DNA from: Felis catus
Lineage: Eukaryota
Direction of reading: 5' to 3'
DNA length: 64,000 bases
Assembly: GCF_018350175.1 (NCBI RefSeq)
Contig: NC_058368.1
Span: forward strand, 69,752,001 to 69,816,000
Shown here: positions 24,499-38,374 of the stretch, one piece after another
How positions within the stretch are numbered: the stretch's first letter is position 1
How the letters are laid out: every line of letters starts with the position of its first letter
Translations under genes and position numbers: made by a program
Notes under the pieces: generated by a model
Told to the model about the DNA's origin: nothing
Database searches by the model: none
The model's input: only the letters and a program-made list of their open reading frames with translations

Positions 24499-24644
24499 GT
24501 GTCTGAGTCTTCAGAACCGGAGTCTTCATGGCTCTGCTCAGCCCTCCATCTCTTGTACCGGTCGATGAGCTCAGTCAGGTAGGAGGTCTTCTTTGAGTTG
24601 CGTATTATAAACTTGTGCTTCAGTAACTCCTTAGCAGTGGGTCT
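24499..24644 (-). CDS. STK24: STK24 exon 7: RPTAKELLKHKFIIRNSKKTSYLTELIDRYKRWRAEQSHEDSGSEDSD(T)
   Basis: tcccag| ... |gtgagt; 146 nt, phase 0/2. Confidence 0.96.
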
Positions 24645-26589
24645 CTGGGAAACAAACCACCAAACGAGAGAAAGCATGAGATGAAGTTCCCTGCATTCTG
24701 ATTCTGCCCTGAAGGACAGACTTCTGCCTCAAAATGTCAAACAAGCATGCTAAAACTAAACTAAAGATCAAGTTCTGCTTCAGAGTTCGTTTCCGTAACA
24801 AAAGCCATTATTCAAACAACAGTCGTTGGGCACCCGTGGGTGGGAGTCCACGTTCAGTGTGGCACACAGCACTTAGTATCTAATGCGGTCCTCAACATTC
24901 TACAGGTAACCATCCGATGAAAGCAAACAACCTTCCTCTAGAAAAACACATTTACACAGGAAACGTGTCAGAGAATTTCAGAGATCATTCAAGACACCTA
25001 GAACACATACCTTCTGGTGTTCACACGACATGTTATTACAAATGCCGGCAGGAGAGAAAATACATATTCTGTATTACCTTGGTGATCTTCTATGTTAACG
25101 TTTGGCTCCTTCTCCCCAACACAGTAAGATAAATGTTCATTTGGCTACATCTAGAGGAAACTAGAGAGGAGCCAAGAGATTCCCTTTTCTTTGATACCGA
25201 AACAGAACCCAAGTTCCCTGGCTCATCAGCTTCCCCAATTCAGAAATACTGGTTTCCTTAGTCTGTCTCTTCCCCTGAGATTGGGGCGAGGTCCTCACCC
25301 AGGGCCTCGGTTCAGCCTGGCCACAGCCACACAGCATACTTGGAACTTGGCAACCGCTTTTGAGGATGGCAAACCCAATCATTACGGGGAGCATGGCTTC
25401 CCAGGGAGAAACGAATGTAGCCCAAACCGGGGCAAACAGCAAGAACACACAAACAACACCAGTTAGACTAAGGTCCCACCTACTCCGAGTTACTAAAGCT
25501 TTATTCACGAGAGCCGGGCAGGTGTCTCAAATTCAAGCTTACAGAAAACCTGGGTCACCTCAGGTTATGTCTCCCTCCCTGTCAGTTTCCCTGATTGTGA
25601 AGCTCCACGTGTGTCAGAAGTGCTCAAACCCTCAGCTTCTCGTCCTTTCCCTCCATGCGCGTGGGGACCAGGCAGGGATGGGGATGTGTGCACTGGGCAA
25701 GTAGGCGGATACTGGAAGTCGACTTAGAATGGGAAGGTGAGTACACATCGCAGGTGTATCTTCTCAAGTGCTGCTGCACCGTGGCGGGGGCTCACATCAA
25801 GACAGCACGTCCAGAGCGGTGTCGACAGAGAGAACAGTCCACACCCCTGACGCCTGATGCTTTCCTGAGATGCCGGCTTGTGTGGCCTCAGGCTGCACCC
25901 CCAGAGGTTCGGAGAAAATGTTGCATTTCCCCATCGCATTCCTTCACAAAGCTGGCATATTAGAGAACCATGGTGCTCTTGTAAACTTAGTCACCCCTTT
26001 TCAGATAGGAGCTCATTAAAAAAGGGCTTCGGCTTGGCCTTCAGTCAATGCTGCTGCAAAACTCAGAAACAAATCAAGGGCATACGGTGCTATACACAAC
26101 ACCGAAATACAAAAGTAACTTTCAAAGATATATCCTAATTGAGACACAATTCGGCTAACGCTGTACAGGGTTACTGCCATATGACTCTGCCAGGGTCGAC
26201 TGTACCCAAGAAAAGAGTAAAAAGGAAAGGCTAGGAGGGCAAGGTGGGTGATTCACTTCTGTTTTTTTATTTGCCTTTTCTTTCCTAACACACACCAAGA
26301 AGAAACTGAAAACATCTACTTTAAAGACACATTTAGCCATTATTTTTTTGGCCAGACTTCGCGATTACTAAAAACGGCTTAAAATAGCCTGACCTTTCAC
26401 TATAAATATTAAAAATTTATGATTCCACATATAATATTAAGGAGAACAGTCTTCGGGCTCAATGAGGTTATGAGAAGGTAGACAATCTGAAAGGAAATAA
26501 GTAGATTTTCGTTTCTTGCAAGATAAACAATAAATAAAAACATTTGCAACTCAAATCAATCAATAGCCATGTAGAAAAAAACTTAATGT

Positions 26590-26800
26590 GGGGCGCTTGG
26601 GTGGCTCGGTCGGTTAAGCTTCCGACTTTGGCTCAGGTCACAATCTCACGTTTCGTGAGTTCGGGCCCTGCATTGGGCTCTGTGCTGACAACTCGGAGCC
26701 TGAAGCCTGCTTCAAATTCTGCGTCTCCCTCTCTCTCTCCCCCTCCCCCGCTTGTGCTCTCTCAAAAATAAATAAATGTTTAAAAAAAAAAAATTTGAAA
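26590..26800 (+). mobile_element. CAN-SINE
   Basis: 'ggggcgcttgggtggctcggtcggttaag' head, CT tract, A tail. Confidence 0.92.
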
Positions 26801-26929
26801 AAAAATCAACGAGATCGTGAAGACAATGGTGACTAGGACAAGAGTGATTACAGAAATTCCAAGAAAATGTATCTAGACCAAGTGTGGCCGCACAGGAAGA
26901 GACGCTCGCCCCGAGCTTGCAAGACTCAC

Positions 26930-27115
26930 AAAGCTTGGCTCCTTGTTCAAACAGGCTTCAACAAACTCCTTGAGGGCTTTGCTGTAGTTGCCTTCCAGCG
27001 TCGGGGGATTGTTCTTTGGAATGAGGAATAAAACCTTCATGGGATGCAGCTCGGAGTGAGGGGGCTCCCCTTTTGCGAGCTCGATGGCTGTTATGCCCAG
27101 GGACCAGATGTCTGC
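26930..27115 (-). CDS. STK24: STK24 exon 6: [62 protein letters not shown]
   Basis: ttgcag| ... |gtgagt; 186 nt; kinase subdomains IX-XI. Confidence 0.97.
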
Positions 27116-27544
27116 CTGCAACAACAGAGCATCTTTAGAGACACCGGGAAGTGAATAAATTCAAATAAATAGATTTCTTAAGGAAAGAAAAAAAAAATTC
27201 ACACACATCTCCGTGTACTTCTGAGGTTTTAAAGATCATTATTTTTAAGTGAACAGAAAAAAGGCTTTGGAATAATTTCAAAATAGGCGACACATAGGAG
27301 AAAATTTAATACATAAAACATCCTCTGGCCCTGCACCTAGGCAGCTTTTACAATTATTCATCCTCCATTTACTGCTGGAAGTACAAGGCACTCCGTGTTA
27401 ACTGAAGTCCCCGGAGTTGTAGGATGGGTAAGGAGAGGTGAGCAGAGAGGGCACACTGGGGGCGTGGAGGGGTTCCGCGACTCATCCCATCCAGCCAGCT
27501 TACGACTAAGCACAGCTGTGAGGTCGAGAGCAGCCACACTGGTC

Positions 27545-27695
27545 CCAGAGACTTGGGTTTAAACGCCAGTTCTACAACCAAAGCCTTATGACATTACACA
27601 AAACATCTAGCCTGTGAGCCCAGTTCTCTCATCTGTAAGATGGGAATAATACCAGGGTGGTTGAGCAAGGTGCCTCACATAGTGCCTAGAACTTA
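27545..27695 (+). mobile_element. MIR fragment
   Basis: MIR core 'gagcccagttctctcatctgtaagatgggaataata...acatagtgccta'. Confidence 0.6.
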
Positions 27696-27958
27696 AAGGA
27701 AATGGGTTTCTTATGAAAATGTTCAAGCGCACATAGAAATGGAGACTATTAACTGAATGTACCCCCCCCCCAGACTCATCACATGAAGTTACTAATTATT
27801 AACAATTTGCCACATGGGCTTTGTCTATTTTTTGCCACAGTGCCTTGTAAAGGAAATCACACACACCATGCGTGCACCCTTTGCTTCAGCTTTGTAAGGG
27901 TTTTTTACTACCTATCAAGACCTAAAATTAACAGTAATTTTAAAACTGACAATAATAT

Positions 27959-28156
27959 GGGGCACCTGGGTGGCTCAGTCGGTTAAGAATCCGACTCTTG
28001 GTTTCAGCTCAGGTCATGATCTCACAGTTAGTGAGTTCGAGCCCCACGTCAGTCTCTGCACTGACAGCATGGAGTCCTCTTGGGATCCTCTCTCTCCTTC
28101 TTTCTACTGCTCCCCTGCTCGTGCTCTCTCTCAAAATAAATAAGTAAACTTAAAAA
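27959..28156 (+). mobile_element. CAN-SINE
   Basis: Standard head and tail; 'aacaataat'-like flanks. Confidence 0.9.
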
Positions 28157-29178
28157 TTAACAATAATTTAATATGCTGTAACAATAGTTAAATGTTCTCA
28201 ATTCTTAAAGTATTTTCACAGTCAGCTTGCTGGAATCAGGATCCAAAGGAAGCCCATACCTTGCAATCGGCCGGCAGGTCACCTAAGGCTCTTTTAATGT
28301 ACAACAGTCTGCACCCTGCCCCATCTCCCCAGTGCCACTGTCTTGAGGAAGAAACAGGCCCCCAAATTATGGATTTGTCTGGTTTCTTCTGGAGTCAATT
28401 ACTGCTGTTTTTCAAGCTCCTGTATTTCCTGTCAAGTGACAGGTTAATTGGCTCTCGGGGCTTGGTTAGATCCACCGCTGGCAGGAAGCAGGAGGCATCA
28501 CACGGGGTCCAGCTGCCCAGTCCCACTCCTGCTGTGGCCACAGGGGGTCAGCTGGGGGGAACCGAACCCCATGGCCATGGGAGGCAAGTAAAAAAAAAAA
28601 GCAGGTAGTCTTGAAGAAAGCAGTTAAGGAGGCTCCCTCGGCAGTTGCTAGCAGCCCCCGGCAGAGGGGACAGCCGCTGTTAAGGACACAGCAGGACCGA
28701 GGGGCCAGTAAAGCAGGGGAGGAGGTAGGGTGGCCTCTGCCCCACGGCAACTACCACACCTTTGGTGCTCTGCTCACCGGGCACTGGAAACCCATGGCAG
28801 ATCAGAACCTAACCGATCCCTCCACTAACTCTACGGCAAGGAAACGGAAAGGCTGAGACACCGTTCGGGTCACAGCAGGACACAGACATTTCTGACCTTC
28901 AAGACCCGCCGTGTCCTCACAACCCTAGTGAGTGCCAGAGACCCTCACGGCTATCTCCCCGCCCAGCAGCCCGTGCGGTCGGGGCCAACCACACGCTCCA
29001 TTTCTTCTGTTCTCAGTGAAGATGGCTGCAACAGGCGGCAAGCCCCATTCTAAATTCCTCGTCCTACAGGGATCGGACTGGAAGAGTCGGCACGGGGAGC
29101 CATATTCCCACTTGCCTTCTCTTGGCAGCCCGGACTCTGCTTCGGTTCACGTGTGTAGTTGCTTTTAAAATCAGCAAG

Positions 29179-29414
29179 GGGGCGCCTGGGTGGCTCAGTC
29201 AGTTAAGCGTCCGACTTTGGCTCAGGTCATGATCTCACAGGTTCGTGAGTTCGAGCCCCGCGTCGGGCTTTGTGCTGACAGCTCAGAGCCTGGAGCCTGT
29301 TTCAGATTCTGTGTCTCCCTCTCTCTGACCCTCCCCTGTTCATGCTCTGTCTCTCTGTGTCTCAAAAATAAATAAACGTTAAAAAAAATTTTTTTTAAAT
29401 AAAAAAAAATAAAT
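29179..29414 (+). mobile_element. CAN-SINE (SINEC_Fc)
   Basis: TSD aaaatcagcaag at 29167-29178 and 29415-29426. Confidence 0.95.
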
Positions 29415-31710
29415 AAAATCAGCAAGAAGGTGACTGACCGCAGAGTGCCTGCCCCCAGGAGGGGGAAGCTGGGTCACGGGGGCATGCAGCAGGACGAGAG
29501 CAGGCGTGCAGGGAGGGAGGGATGCGAGCGCGGGGGAGCACTCAACCCTCACATGGCGGCAGCCCTTTCCCCTCAACGTCCAGCTGCCACTCCCGCCTTC
29601 CTGGACTTGGCGAGAACTGCTGCTCTTTGCAAAGCCTGCTGCTTGGCATCCATCTGCCTCCCGGCCGTACAGACACAGGGCCTTAGTCCCACTGACCCCT
29701 GGGACCACCTCCAGGCCCCTAAGCATCCCACAACCACTTAAAAACTCGGTAATTGGAAGGCCAGACTGACGATGGTCTTTGCTGGCGGCCCCTCGTGGCA
29801 TGCCCGTGCACTCACTTCCCTCAGGCTCCAGGCCAGACAATAAGCAGACAGCCACAACATTTCAAGGACCCGGCCCCTGCTTCCACACGCCAGTACGGGC
29901 CAAAGGTCGGCCAAGGAAGCCGCCTTCTCAGCCCCACCCATAAGACATCGCCAAGGTCTTCAGAGAGGCACAGGCATCGCCCTCCTGCGTCCCCTGGGAG
30001 GGCCGGCCAGTACAGCTTCTTCATGGCAAAACATGTGCCATCCAGCCAGGCAGCCGAGCCAGGAGCCCGTGTGTCACACCAGCTCTTGAATTCCTCTTTG
30101 GATCCTCCTAGATCAGCCAGGTGCCAGGTGTGTGGCTCCTGGCCTCTGGGCACCTGGTCCCCCTCTATCCCCCTCTATCCTTTGTTCCCTGGGCTTCTCT
30201 GGGGGGCTCCCGAGCGTCTTCCTCCCTGGGGACTCCCTCTCTAGACATCTCACACCCTGCTGACTAATGTGGAAAACTTGATGGACACTTGAACACATGG
30301 CAAGGAAGCTGGCATTATGTATCAAAAGCCATAAAAATATCCACACTTGCTAAAACCAATTAATTCCATTTCTAGGAATCTGTCCTAAATAAGTAATTTT
30401 AGATTTAGAAAATGGTGTATGCTGCCCAAAACATTCAACAGCAGCATTTCTCACACTAAACCTGGGAGGAATGATTAAGTTGCTCTAACATATTTACGGA
30501 AATACTGCACATGTGACGACGTTGTTGACAGAGAATCAGAAATAACACCAGAGTCTATCTATTACTGTATTTAGGAAATGTGGCATCACATGGGAACACG
30601 TGTTTGGGTTTTAAAATGAAAGTTATGTGGGGGAAGGGCGGTCATTTTCCAAAGCAATTAAAATCGAGGCATCAGAAGAGACCTGTTTTACTGCCATCTG
30701 GGAAAAACACGAAACTAGATATTAAAAGAAAACAAACGGGTTTTCAGTATAAACCCAAGTCAACAGTTGTAAGGGCAGGCGCTTTGAAATGCAGATACGT
30801 ATCTGTGAACGGGCTTTTTTTCCTACATGCACAGTTCTAGAGGCATGCTCCTAAGTGACCACAGAGTTACCTGGTATTGATGATCAGAGACTCTTGCCAG
30901 TGAGGCTGGGGTTGCTACTAAAATACAACATTCTAAACCCTTGTAATACCATGTTAATTAAGTAAAAGTAAGCTGACTACAAATCTGCAGATACAACACA
31001 CTGTAAGTGGTATGAAAAATTTATGAACAGAAAATATTCTAGTAGGAACCACAGTCAACTGTCTATAATCACGAGGAAGAGGAGCGGGGAGAAAAACACA
31101 ACAAAACAAGAATCCTGCCTTTTGGCTTCCTGAGCAGCACGATGGTGGTGGTCAGAACAAGCGCCTTATGAAAGGTGACAAAAAGGGAGCCAGGAAGAAA
31201 GTGGTTGGTCCATTTTCTAAGTACGATGCATATGATGTGAAAGCACCAGCTACTGTCAATGTAAGAAATACTGGAAAAACACTCGTCAGGAGAAATCAAG
31301 GAAACAAAGTCACATCTGATGGCCTCAAGGGTTGTATTTTTGAAGTGAGCTTTGTTGATTTGCAGGAACGATAAAGCTGCATTTAAAAAGTCAAGCTGAT
31401 TAGTGAGGATGTTCAGGGCAAAAACTGCCTAATTTCCATGACATGGATCTTAGCTGTAAGAAAATGTGCTCCATGGTCAAAACACAGCAGACCAGGACTG
31501 AAGCTCATGGTGATGTCATGATTACCGATGGTTATTTGCTTCGTCTATTTTGTGTTGGTTTTACTAAAAAATGCAACAACCAGATGCAGAAGACCACTTA
31601 CGGTCGACACCAACAGGTCTGACAAAATTGGAAAAAGGTGATAGAAATCACGACCCAAGAGGTACAGATAAATAACTTGAAAGAAGTGGTCAATAAACTG
31701 ATTCTAAACA

Positions 31711-31993
31711 AGGGTGCCTGGGGGGGCTCAGTCAGTTAAGCGTCCGACTTTGGCTCAGGTTATGATCTCACAGTTCATGAATTCAAGCCCTGTGTTGTTG
31801 GGCTTTGTGCTGACAGCTGGGAGCCTGGAGTCTACTTCCGATTGTGTGTGTGTATGTGTGCCTCTGTGTGTGTCTGTGTGTGTGTTGTGTGTGTGTGTGT
31901 GTGTGTGTGTGTCTGCCCCTCCCCTGACTGTGCTCTATCTCTCTCTCTCTCTCTCTCTCAAAAATAAACATTAAAAAAATTTTTTTTCAATTT
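31711..31993 (+). mobile_element. CAN-SINE with (TG)n expansion, inserted in the RPS3A retrocopy
   Basis: TSD ataaact(g/c)attcta at 31693-31706 and 31994-32007; RPS3A sequence resumes afterwards. Confidence 0.93.
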
Positions 31994-32288
31994 ATAAACT
32001 CATTCTAGACTGCATCAGAAAAGATACAGAAAAGGCTTATCAGTCTATTTATCCACTCCGTGAGGTCTTTGTTAGAAAAGTAAAAATGCTGAAGAAGCCC
32101 ACATCTGAATTAGGAAAACTCCTGCAGATTCATGGTGAAGGCAGTAGTTCTGGAAAAACTACTGGGGATGAAACCAGTGCTAAACTTGAACGAGCTGATG
32201 GATAGGAGCCACCAGTCTGAGAATCTGTTTAAAATTCAGACATTTAATGCTGACAAATAAAAAATCTTATTTGTGATGTTTAATTTCT

Positions 32289-32491
32289 TTTTTAACGTTT
32301 ACTTATTTTTGAGACAGAGAGAGACAGAGCATGAACGGGGAAGGGTCAGAGAGAGAGGGAGATACAGAATCTGAAACAGGCTTCAGGCTCTGAGCTGTCA
32401 GCACAGAGCCTGACGCGGGGCTCGAACTCACAGACCATGAGATCATGACCCAGCATCAGAAGCTCAACCAACTGAGCCACCCAGCCACCCC
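32289..32491 (-). mobile_element. CAN-SINE
   Basis: TSD gatgtttaatttct at 32275-32288 and 32495-32508. Confidence 0.93.
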
Positions 32492-32708
32492 AAAGATGTT
32501 TAATTTCTGATTGTCCTTTTTAAATCATCTAAACTTGGTGAATTAGATGTTCTAAACTGGTGGTGATGTGAAGTTTTCTGAATTGGCGTATGGATTTTAC
32601 CCATTGCTCTTAGTTAATAAATAGCTGTGAATTGGAAGTGATCTGTTAAGCTGCAGTGATCTGGACTAGAAGTGTTATATAGGTGGTTAATAAAAGGAAA
32701 TCTTTTCT

Positions 32709-32919
32709 GGGGCACCTGGGTGGCTCAGTCAGTTCAGCGCCCAGCTTCCGCTTAGATCATGATCTCACAGTTCATGGGTTCAGGCCCCAAGTCAGGCTCC
32801 GTGTTAACAGTTCAGAGCCTGGAACCTGCTTCAGGTTCTGTGTCTCCTCTCTCTGCCCCTTCCCCGCTCACACTCTGTCTCTTTCTCTCTCTCAAAAATA
32901 AACGTTTAAAAAAAATTTT
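32709..32919 (+). mobile_element. CAN-SINE
   Basis: TSD aaggaaatcttt at 32694-32705 and 32920-32931. Confidence 0.93.
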
Positions 32920-35900
32920 AAGGAAATCTTTAAAAAAAAAAAAAAAGGAAGAAAGAAAAGAAAAAAATACGAATCCCAAATCAGTTATAACTAGTCAAAA
33001 CATAGGTCAAAAAAGGATTTGACAGAAACTATTTACTTAGATGCAGTACTGAGGAACACATTTATAAGCAGCATATAAAGGTATAAAAATCCTTTCAGCA
33101 CCAAACATCAACACACAGCTGATTAGAAAAGCCCCAATCACTACTTCGTGCTGAGAGCCTACTGTTTACTCTCCTAGCTGCATGTTTTCCCTTCTGGCTC
33201 ACATCCTATCCTGCCCCCACCTCCAGGACTCATCACTCGCAGCGGGGTCTGTGGTAATTCCTGATCCTGTGCTGGAACCAGAGGAAGCCAGCGGATCAGC
33301 ACCAGACAGGGAGGGCCAATCACACGCTGCAGTGAACAGGCCAACCACGCAGATTCCAAAAACTGATGGGCTAATACTGCTGCTTTTCACTCATCTTTTT
33401 TTTTTTTTTTCCACCAACGCATCTATCACCTATTGCCATTTTTCACCATGGTTAGACAATATATGGTTATTCTGGAGACTGGACATCAAAATAACTTAAG
33501 CCTGTGCTGGGGTGATAGGTCTATAGATGTTTTTCTTTTTCCATCACTTCCCTGCACCCCCCCCCCCCCCAAGTATTTTCCAGTATGTACTGCTTTTGAG
33601 GCCATAAAAAGGGAAAAGTCATTTACAAGAGAATACAGACACCAGCCTCTCAGGGTCTACAGGATATTTCAGTTAACAGGCAAGTCAATTTCTCCAGCCT
33701 CATTTACATTCTTCACCACAATCTACAATCCAGATACATAGGTCTCTCCGTTCCCACGCTGGACTTGGATCGAACATCCCTCCCTCATCTCTAAGGGGTC
33801 TGTGAAGCCTTCCCCAGCTCACTCTGACATTCCTCACTCAGCTCCCTGCGCCCCTGCTCCCTGTTAGAGCTACCTGCCCAGTACTGCAATTACTCATGGG
33901 AGATACCAATTATTTAGCACTGGGCACAACTACAGCAATAACCAAATGAATACACACAAGGGACATGGAACACGGACTATGTCTTTACACAAGTCCAATC
34001 CATTTGCTAACATGCCATCACCATAACCTTATACACAAAGGGCGGGGGAGAAAGATTAATGTTCTCCAGCCCAAGCCCCTGCTCAGTGTTGAAAGCAAAG
34101 GCTTCCTTATGGGAGAGCAGAGTTATCTCCCTTGGCACATCTTCTAGGTCTCAAGTCTTCTTAAATAAACCAAGCTACCCTACTTCACCTTAAAAATAAC
34201 AGGAATAAGGCTCTTAAGACACATGGGTCATCATGACCTAATAATGTCGTACTTAGATTATGAACTAAGATCAACATAAGACGTCCTATATGTACGTCCT
34301 CTGTGTACAAACACATTCAGGACACCTAAGGAGTCTGGACAAATGACAAGCAGTCAAAGATACGGGTTCAAGAGGTCATTACGTTAAACAAGGTTCTAGA
34401 CATATACATAAAACGAATAAAAATTTTAATTAGTTAATTAACTAATAAAACTTTGGTCCAGTAAGATGAAGATCCCAGGAAGGCAGGTGCATGCTATCCT
34501 TGGCCCAACCAGACCATTCTTTGAACAACAGGGAGTGTACCAAAAATGAAAGTGATGGGAACAGAACCACCCACCGGGGCTGTGCGCTCCTTTCTGGAAT
34601 GCAAAGGCTGATGGAGAAAATGCCTGGATGGACACCTGAGGAAGACTGGAAGGGGCCCATGGAAAAAAAAACAAATAAGTTTGTGTATCAGGAGAGCAGA
34701 GTAACCACAAAGCCCCTCCAAGAGCACAGAGCACCCGGCCAGGGGGCCAGGCCAGCCTCTGAGAAGGGAGGCAGTCGCTGGAAGAGGATCTGTAAATCAG
34801 GCATTGTTCCAGACAAAAGCTGCTAGCCCAGAGCCACAACTACTGGGAGGGAACTAATGTCACGTTATCCCCCGAGGCCCCAGACTCAGACATAGAGATT
34901 AGCCTTATCTGCACTTTCCACACCTCCTGGGTCAACAAATCTGGGAAGCCAAGTTCACATAAATGTAATTTTCGCACATGATTTCCAGTTGAGAGGTGTT
35001 GGCTATGACCCAGGCAAATGAAAGAATTCACTTCTGACAAGCCAGAGTAAGAGGTATAGTGAAAGGTTAGGGAGAAGAGTGGCATCTACATTCTCAAGCT
35101 CCCCAGCCAAGCAGGCGTCCCCAGAGCTGGAGACCAGTATCTTTAAATCTACCTAAGAACACCGGGACACCTACTGATCAGATAAGGGCATTTGAAGATC
35201 AGGACAAGAACTCCAGGGGAAAAAAGGTGGCAAAGCTTTATGATGCAGTAAAACCTCTGCTGCCAGAGGCCACATCTTGGCCAAAAGTCCAGAGTGGCCC
35301 TGCCAAGAGGAAGAAAGAGAGGAAGGGGAAGGTCCTGGATAACCAGGCCACTCCCTGAGGAAAAAATGTGAAGTGACCAGTGATAGGTGTCTTAATACTG
35401 AAAATACAAGAACTGAATCCAGAGTCACAAGCGCCGTGATTGATCAGCTCATTTACTAGAAAGGAAGAGAAGAAAGTCATCAGTGTGGTGTAATCAGATG
35501 AGTTCAGAAACTTGGGTTCTGGTCCCTACCAAAACCTAGACTTACGAACTCCGATAAAAGGGCCTCAGCCTAAAATAAAGAGAGAGGACTGGTCAAGCCC
35601 TAAAATGCTATGACGCCATCAGCAAAGGTGGCTGCAGAGAGGACTCTGGATGGAGGGAATCCGTCCACAGGGCAAAAAGCACAATGAAGCCCACAGAGCT
35701 CTGTTACGCTAGGGGTTGAAAACCCACCAGTCACCTACCGGCCAGTGGCTACCAAAGCCATCGGCATGACCATGGCAGTCACAGCCACCACCACAACTTA
35801 AAAGTGAGAGAGCCAGGTGGGTCCCTGCCATGCTACAAGCAGGTACACCTGCCACTCTGATACAACATCTGCTCTTTAAACAGCTGACGGCTCCCACCGA

Positions 35901-36853
35901 TGCCCAAAGGGCCGGAAGGAAGGTTCTGTGCCTAGGAAAAGTCTACTGTCTGCTGACAAGACTCCCATTTTAAAAAGACGAAAACAACGCCTGGCATGTA
36001 AATGTATGTGAGTTAAATATTTGTTTTCCTAGAAACTGTTCAGAAGAAACAATTCTCTGTGGACCGTGTGACGATTATTCTGTGTACAACCTGAGAATGA
36101 GCAACCTGGGGGAGAGGGGAGTTAAATCAAAGATTCCCGAGGCAAGGTGCCTAGGATTTATAGTCTAAACTAGGAAGTTTAAGAAAGTTGAAGGTACCAG
36201 GGAAAACAGAACCCAGGAAAAACTGGGAGAGGACGTTTGACAGGTAAAAAAGGTGGAAAAGAAGAATTATGGTTTGCCTCCTGTTGGGAAGGAGCCTCTG
36301 AGAATAAATGATCCTAACTAAGAATTAAAAATAATGAGAGGAAGAAGCATATTCTTTCCAGACTCTGGTCTTAACATTTTTATGAACTCTCCATTTCTTT
36401 CGTGGGAGCCTCCTTCTATGCTTGTCCCTTAACTATGCTTAGGGCTCTGTCCAGGGCCCCCTTCCCTTATCCACTCCCGCTCAGGCTTCCAGCACCACCT
36501 ATAGACAGACAATCCCCACCCCTCTCTGTGGACCCATATGCCTCTACCTGGCCGTCTCAGGAGGCCTGAACCCATTCTGGCCACCTTGGTCCTCTGTTCT
36601 GCCACACCTACCTTCCAATGGGCTCCTTCTCTGGTCCCCACCACCATCGAGCACACATTGTTTAAGCCAAAAAAAAAAAAAACAACAAAAAAAAAAAACC
36701 TCAGTAACTGTGGGCTGGATAAATAAAGGGTATTAAACGATGTAGGAGACAGAGATGAAATCTGTTTCTAACCGAGGTCGGAGAGAACTACCTTCACGTC
36801 CTGCTTCATGGAACCTGCTCTGGTCCACCTGGAAGAGCTGTGAGGTTGGGTCA

Positions 36854-37469
<616 letters not shown>

Positions 37470-37569
37470 CTAGTAAAAAAAGAGTTATTAAAGTTACTCA
37501 AATGATCATTTTAGGAAAAGTTTGAGATGATCAAACACAGTCAATACCCATGTTAAATGAACAATATTC

Positions 37570-37789
37570 GGGGCGCCTGGGTGGCTCAGTCGGTTGAGCG
37601 TCCGACTTCGCTCAGGTCACGATCTCACGGTCTATGAGTTCGAGCCCCGCATCAGGCTCTGTGCTAACAGCTCAGAGCCTGGAGCCTGCTTCAGATTCTG
37701 TGTCTCCCTGTCTCTCTGGCCCTCCCCCCATTCATGCTCTGTCTCTCTCTCTGTCTCAAAAATAAATAAATGTTAAAAAAAAAAACTTT
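37570..37789 (+). mobile_element. CAN-SINE
   Basis: TSD aatgaacaatattc at 37556-37569 and 37790-37803. Confidence 0.95.
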
Positions 37790-37827
37790 AATGAACAATA
37801 TTCAAATCTAAAAACATCTTCACTCCA

Positions 37828-38030
37828 GGGGTGCCTAGGTGGCTCAGCCGGTTAAGTGTCCGACTCTTGGTTTTGACTCAGGTCATGACCTCATGGTTTG
37901 TGGGTTCGAGTCCCGCATCGGGCTCTGTGCAGGCAACTGGCAACCTACTTGGGATTCTCTGTCTCCCTCTCTCTCTGCCCCTCCCCTGCTCTCTCAAAAT
38001 AAGTAAATAAACATTTTTTAAAAAATCAAA
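37828..38030 (+). mobile_element. CAN-SINE
   Basis: Standard head, CT tract, tail. Confidence 0.9.
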
Positions 38031-38374
38031 TAAAAATTTCTTCAAATAGCCATTTTGCCTGAACAATTAAAACCTATTTAAAAGACCCCTCCCCCAAAAA
38101 GTAAAGAAAACAGCAAAGAAAAAAAGAGTTTGCCAATTAAAGCAAATCTGGCTAAGAATCGAAGCAGGGCCAGTGAGAAAGCCTGTGGTCAGCCCAGTCG
38201 TGCCAACAAGCTAAGCTTGGGAGGGACTTCAGTCCAGAGACCAAAGCCTGGGAGCTCACAGTTAGGGTACCCCATCCTAACACATACCATGGTCATCACC
38301 ACGCCCATGGTCGTGGCCTGGGGGCCGACTGCCGTCTGAGGCTACACATGCACCAGAACTTTTCAAATCTGAAG

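Larger units (their letters stand above)
31118..32967 (+). pseudogene. RPS3A: RPS3A (40S ribosomal protein eS1) processed pseudogene, antisense within STK24 intron 5, interrupted by three SINEs
   Basis: 5'TOP-like 'ccttttggc' at 31118; ATG 31142; intronless match to RPS3A through TAA 32230-32232 ([27 protein letters not shown]); frameshifts; premature stops at 31372, 32203, 32218; AATAAA 32256; A tail near 32932-32967. Confidence 0.95.

Noticed and set aside
31168..31374. RPS3A-like ORF as a functional retrogene
   Set aside because: Frameshift right after the ATG, several premature stops, and a SINE inserted in the coding region.
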